DNA of 64,000 nucleotides, taken from assembly GCA_964291405.2 (NCBI GenBank), contig OZ219926.1, positions 480,001 through 544,000 on the forward strand. Direction: 5' to 3'. Each line of letters begins with the position of its first letter. The first letter of the stretch is position 1. A program made the translations under genes and the position numbers. Under the pieces are notes generated by a model. It had not been told where the DNA came from, did not search any database, and was given only the letters and a program-made list of their open reading frames with translations. Below, piece by piece: positions 59,893-64,000 of the stretch. This stretch comes from Thermodesulfobacteriota bacterium (lineage in GTDB: Bacteria; Desulfobacterota; Binatia; Bin18).

Positions 59893-60037
59893 TAGCGCAT
59901 TTCACGATAAGTGGTAGCCCTATTATTTCGTCTTCGTCATGCCGGAATGATCCGGCATCCAGAGACCGGGGGGTGGGGATGGATTCCTGTTTGCACAGGA
60001 ATGACGGACGGCTACACAGAATCGCGATTTGCGCGAG
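59893..60037. mobile_element. Composite MITE/REP-like element, copy D
   Basis: TAGCGCATTTCACGATAAGTGGTAGCC...GTCATGCCGGAATGATCCGGCATCCAG...GGATTCCTGTTTGCACAGGAATGAC...GGCTACACAGAATCGCGATTTGCGCGAG. Confidence 0.72.
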
Positions 60038-60098
60038 GTGGTGAGACGTTCCTTCCTGAAACCAGGAAGCATTGACGTGGGCAGCATTGTATAGACAC

Positions 60099-60578
60099 AT
60101 GAGGGGTCTTCTGCTCACCTGTTTACTCTGGACCGGGGCGCTGGTCGCCCTGCCCGCTTCCGGCTGGGCGCAAGATAACGCCACGGACGCAGCCGGCCAT
60201 GAGACTATCGAGCGGCTGACACGGGTGGAAACTCGCCTGGATGAAGGACTGAAAAGACTGGAAGGCAGCATCACGCAACTCCGTGAGGACCTCAGTCTCC
60301 AAAACCGGCAACTCCGTGAGGACATGCAGCAACTCCGGGCCGACATGAACAAACAGAATGAACAACTCCATGACCGACTGGGCAATTTTATGCTGCTCTT
60401 TACCGGCGTGATCAGCATCATCGGGGTTATCCTGGCCAGCATCATCGGGTTTACCGGACGGGAACGGAAAGGGGCAAGGACGGAGCGGAGTGAATTGGCA
60501 GACATCCGCGCTGCCTTACACGCCTGGGCCCAACGCGATGAGAACGTTGCCGCCGTGCTCAAACAGTTCAACCTGTAG
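60099..60578 (+). CDS. Signal peptide + coiled-coil + C-terminal TM protein, copy 2
   Basis: Paralogue of 56784..57365 (MRGLLLTCLLW, IERLTRVETRLD, QRDENVAAVLKQFNL) with a shorter coil. Confidence 0.72.
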   Translation: MRGLLLTCLLWTGALVALPASGWAQDNATDAAGHETIERLTRVETRLDEGLKRLEGSITQLREDLSLQNRQLREDMQQLRADMNKQNEQLHDRLGNFMLLFTGVISIIGVILASIIGFTGRERKGARTERSELADIRAALHAWAQRDENVAAVLKQFNL

Positions 60579-60612
60579 CCATTCTGCTGTAGCTTCGACA
60601 ATCGTATCGAGC

Positions 60613-60654
60613 AAGAAAAAAGGGGGGTCGCATAATGGACCTCCCTTTTTTCTT
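60613..60654 (+). terminator. Probable terminator
   Basis: AAGAAAAAAGGGGGGTC-N8-GACCTCCCTTTTTTCTT. Confidence 0.65.
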
Positions 60655-60722
60655 TGGGTGAAATATGGGAAGATGCCGCCTGCTTGCGTAGGGTCAGAAC
60701 AAATTGAAGGAGGAGTATCAAT

Positions 60723-62411
60723 ATGGCGACAGTTGACGGCGGGACGCTGATTGGACGGATATTACAGGAACAGGACGTGAAGTATATGTTTGCCGTGAAT
60801 GGCGGACACACCTTCCCCATTCTGGCCACCCTCAGAGATAATGGCATCAAACTCATCCACATGCGCCACGAGCAAGCCACCGCCTATGCCGCGGATGGCT
60901 ACGCCCGTGTGACCGGCAAACCCGGCATCTGCTGTGTCACGGCCGGTTGTGGCCTGACCAATGCGGTGACCGGCCTGTGTGGCGCCGGTCTGACCAATAG
61001 TGCGGTCGTCTGTCTCGCGGGTCAGCACCCCACTACCGAGGACTTTATCGGCTCCTTCCAGGAAGCCTACGGTTCGGATGTGGTGAGTTCGTTCTCGAAA
61101 TTTGCCAAGCGCGTACTCGACTGGTCAACCATTGAAATCGACCTGCGGCAGGCATTTCGGGAAGCCACCTCAGCCCCCCAGGGCGTCTCCCTGCTCGAAA
61201 TTCCAACCAATATTCTCTACCACCAGGAGGACGAGTCCAAACAGCGCAAAGGCGCAAAAGTCTATGGTCCGGATGAACTCCGCTTCCAGGGTGACCCGCG
61301 CCAGATTGAACGCGCGGTTGAACTCATCTTTCAGGCGAAAAAACCGCTCATTGCCGGTGGAGATGGAATTTTCTGGTCCGGGGCCGAGGCCGAACTGAAA
61401 GAATTGGCCGAACTCACCAGTACCCCGGTGTACTGCCGTCGCGCCGGCCAGGGTGCGGTTGACGAAGACCACCAACTCGCCATTCGTGGCGCGTGGAAAA
61501 AGCCGTTTACGGGCGAAGCCGATGTGGTGCTGGCCATTGGCTTCAAATTCTGGAGTGGAGAAAAATTCGGGCAACCCCCAACCTGGAGCGATAAAGCCAC
61601 CTATATCCAGGTCGATGCCACCGCCCAGCGGGTTGGCTGGCACGTCCCAGCCGAAGTCGGCATTGTCGGCGACCCCAAGCTGGTGCTGCGTCAGATGATC
61701 GACACGGCCAAGGCGATGCAGCTTGACTTTAGCGCCAAGCGGGAGAGTCCCTGGCTCCAGAACATGGTTGAGGTGCGCGAGAACTATAATAAGCTCATCA
61801 GCGACCGTGAGCAGCAGCATCACGGTGCCACCCCTATCCACCCCGACCGTCTGGCCAAGGACCTCACCTCTGTTATCGATAAGGATGCAACCCTCATCGT
61901 CGACAGCTTCACGCTGAGTGGCTACACGAGCCAGTGGTTTACCGCCCATGAGCCGGGTCAGATTGTCGACGCCGGGCCACTGGCCCCAGTCGGACACGGC
62001 GTGGGGATGGGTATTGGGGTGCAGCTCGGGCGTCCGGGCAAACAAGTCATCGTGGTCAGCGGTGACGGAGGTCTGGGCATCGGCGGCATGGATATGGAGA
62101 CCGCAGCCAAATACAACATCCCGATTATTACCCTGCTGTGGAACAATAGCTCGTGGGGGCCGACGTTTGAGTCCATGCCCCTGCTCAAAGGCCGTACGGA
62201 CCCGTTCGATATGATTAAGGACATTCGCTATGACAAGGTGTTTGAACCTATGGGTGTCTACACCGAGCATGTGGAGCAGCCGGACGAGATTATTCCGGCT
62301 CTGGAGCGCGCCCTCTCCTCCGGTAAGACCTCGCTGATTAACGTGTTCGGCGATAAGAGCGTCGGGCACCCATCGCTCGGCGGGAACTTGTTAGGCTCAA
62401 CTCAGGTCTAA
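60723..62411 (+). CDS. Thiamine-pyrophosphate enzyme (acetolactate synthase/2-hydroxyacyl-CoA lyase-like)
   Basis: MRHEQATAYAADGYARVTG, GDGG...WNN TPP-binding motif; RBS GGAGGAG. Confidence 0.88.
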   Translation: MATVDGGTLIGRILQEQDVKYMFAVNGGHTFPILATLRDNGIKLIHMRHEQATAYAADGYARVTGKPGICCVTAGCGLTNAVTGLCGAGLTNSAVVCLAGQHPTTEDFIGSFQEAYGSDVVSSFSKFAKRVLDWSTIEIDLRQAFREATSAPQGVSLLEIPTNILYHQEDESKQRKGAKVYGPDELRFQGDPRQIERAVELIFQAKKPLIAGGDGIFWSGAEAELKELAELTSTPVYCRRAGQGAVDEDHQLAIRGAWKKPFTGEADVVLAIGFKFWSGEKFGQPPTWSDKATYIQVDATAQRVGWHVPAEVGIVGDPKLVLRQMIDTAKAMQLDFSAKRESPWLQNMVEVRENYNKLISDREQQHHGATPIHPDRLAKDLTSVIDKDATLIVDSFTLSGYTSQWFTAHEPGQIVDAGPLAPVGHGVGMGIGVQLGRPGKQVIVVSGDGGLGIGGMDMETAAKYNIPIITLLWNNSSWGPTFESMPLLKGRTDPFDMIKDIRYDKVFEPMGVYTEHVEQPDEIIPALERALSSGKTSLINVFGDKSVGHPSLGGNLLGSTQV

Positions 62412-62429
62412 GGAAAGAATCGCCAATCC

Positions 62430-62462
62430 AAAAAAGGGCAGGCATAATGCCTGCCCTTTTTT
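62430..62462. terminator. Bidirectional terminator
   Basis: AAAAAAGGGCAGGCA-TAA-TGCCTGCCCTTTTTT between convergent genes. Confidence 0.85.
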
Positions 62463-62502
62463 CTTGGTCCATATAGGTCTCACTGTCCCCTGAGCAACCG
62501 CC

Positions 62503-62757
62503 CTACCCGCCCTCTTTGCGCATCACGATTTCGATTTCATCAAGCGGAGAAACCCCTCGATTGCGAATATGACAGTTCCAGCCGGCAAACTGGCGTAAGT
62601 ACGTAAACACTTCCCGGACCAGACCTGGCTTTACTTCTCTTTCCCATTCGTTCAGCCATTCGTCCCCCTCAAAATCGTCATCGTCCCATGCCTCGGGGGG
62701 GATGTCCGCACTCAGAGAGAAGCGCAGATTGAACCGATGCTCATCTTTTTCTGCCAT
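62503..62757 (-). CDS. Small acidic hypothetical protein
   Basis: 84 aa, 9 bp downstream of the selenoprotein gene on the same strand. Confidence 0.6.
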   Translation of the reverse strand: MAEKDEHRFNLRFSLSADIPPEAWDDDDFEGDEWLNEWEREVKPGLVREVFTYLRQFAGWNCHIRNRGVSPLDEIEIVMRKEGG

Positions 62758-62766
62758 ACAGCGCCT

Positions 62767-63387
62767 TTATGTGACGCCCAGCGCCGCCAGGTCTTCCAGA
62801 TAGGCTTCCGCCGGCACCATGCCGATTTGGCGCCGTTTCCCGCCAATCAGGACGGTCGGCACCGCACTCACGAAATACGTATTCATCGCGTCTTCGCACT
62901 GCTGACGCACCTGGTCCTGGAGGGCGGTATCCTCAATATCGTGCAGGAAGGTGTTCATATCGAGACCCACCTGCCGGGCAATCTCCACGCAGGTCTCCTT
63001 TTCAATCAGACTCTTGTTCTCGATAAAAAAGGATCGGAAGAGTCCGGAGTGAAAGCGGAGGAAGGCGTCTTCGCCCTGACGCTGGGCGGCCGTACCGGCT
63101 TCCAGACCGGGCATGCTCCAGCGTGGAAATTCCGCATGCGGCCACATGGAATATTCCAGGCCATCCGGTTCAGCCAGGGCTGACGCCCGCTGCCAGGCCT
63201 GCTCCACATAGCTGTCCTTAAACTGAAACGAGCGAGCCTCATAATGCGGACGAAGGGCAAAAGGATGCCATTTGACACTGACTCGATCACCAAAGCGTTC
63301 CTTGATTTTGCGAAGCCGCTCCGCGGCCGGGAAACACCACGGTCACAGATAGTCCGAGAATTCGATGATTTCAATTGGTGTATCCAT
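62767..63387 (-). CDS. DsbA/FrnE-family thioredoxin-fold selenoprotein (U-P-W-C)
   Basis: ATG 63387 reads MDTPIEIIEFSDYL-TGA-PWCFPAAERL and continues in frame into ORF 62767..63207, which has the cis-Pro AVPT; 206 aa; hairpin after the TGA. Confidence 0.85.
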
Positions 63388-63533
63388 ACGGTTACCCCCC
63401 TGTTGTACTGCCCCAGTTCTACCCGAAACAGGCTACGCCGACCAGGGGCCGGTCCAATCCCTTGCATTTTCCACAAAACAGCAGTACCACCATAAAAATA
63501 CTAGACACCGCATCACAGTAAGGAGAACGAGTC

Positions 63534-64000
63534 ATGCGAGTCATTGATGGAGATGCCCATTTTCTCGAACCGTTGGATCTTTTTCGGCGCTATATTGACC
63601 CTACCTACCGCGAGCAGGCGATGCAGATTGAAACCGACCGGGTGAGCGGGGAAAAAAAGTTTCTGGTCAACGAGAAACCCATGCAGATCTTCGATGTCGA
63701 ACAATTTCTGAGCGCGGTTGCCGGCTACGGCCAAAAGGAACAAGGCCGGGACCTGAACACCTTCGACCGGTACCATTATTACAGTACTGAGTGGTCAGAC
63801 ATGGGCCAGCGGGTGCAATTCCTCAATGACGAACAGATGGCCTGCCAGGTCATCTACCCGACGCTCGGCCTGTTCTGGGAGGGCGAGGTGGACGACCCCT
63901 ATCTGGCCGACGCCCACTGCCGCGCGTATAACACCTGGACATTTGAGGTGTGCCACTCACACAAGGACCGTCTCTACCCTGCAGCGCATATCTCACTCCG
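63534..64000 (+). CDS. Amidohydrolase-2 family protein, running off the window end
   Basis: MRVIDGDAHFLEP...QVIYPTLGL...CRAYNTW...DRLYPAAHISL; RBS AAGGAG; not in the ORF track. Confidence 0.85.
   Translation, partial: MRVIDGDAHFLEPLDLFRRYIDPTYREQAMQIETDRVSGEKKFLVNEKPMQIFDVEQFLSAVAGYGQKEQGRDLNTFDRYHYYSTEWSDMGQRVQFLNDEQMACQVIYPTLGLFWEGEVDDPYLADAHCRAYNTWTFEVCHSHKDRLYPAAHISL

Noticed and set aside
59888-60880. 330-aa minus-strand ORF
   Set aside because: Runs antisense across element copy D, the coiled-coil gene and the TPP gene start; Ser/Arg/Cys-rich shadow
61170-62369. 399-aa minus-strand ORF
   Set aside because: Shadow of the TPP enzyme

Overview
64 kb of a GC-rich bacterial chromosome, most plausibly an uncultured deltaproteobacteria-like lineage such as Ca. 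Binatia. That assignment is an inference from gene content (LLM/F420 oxidoreductase, paralogous DUF1302/DUF1329/MMPL genes, amidohydrolases) and was not checked. Housekeeping blocks: cyclophilin, peptidoglycan recycling (slt, mpl, ldcA, serine hydrolase), a DAHP-synthase homologue, htpG-ispF, prkA-yeaH-spoVR, gltX with four tRNAs, DUF1800/DUF1501 and acnA. Main points of interest: (1) a hidden selenoprotein, a DsbA/FrnE-like gene with an in-frame TGA in a U-P-W-C motif and a SECIS-like hairpin; (2) an unannotated Phe/Tyr-rich leader peptide whose stop codon lies in the loop of a terminator-like hairpin, upstream of an atypical DAHP synthase; (3) a ~22 kb envelope-spanning locus with two MMPL/RND, two DUF1329, one YCF48-like, two DUF1302 barrels, a Gld-like ABC set and DsbA, ending in a tandem duplication of [barrel + coiled-coil protein] with variable loops; (4) four copies of a composite MITE/REP-like element, one present in one duplicate unit and absent from the other; (5) a small island with a P450, a truncated wHTH-AAA regulator fused to an HsdS-like tail, and a toxin-antitoxin pair. 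Six single-base frameshifts may be sequencing errors. No CRISPR array, rRNA, integrase or transposase was seen. All family names come from motif recognition, not database searches.
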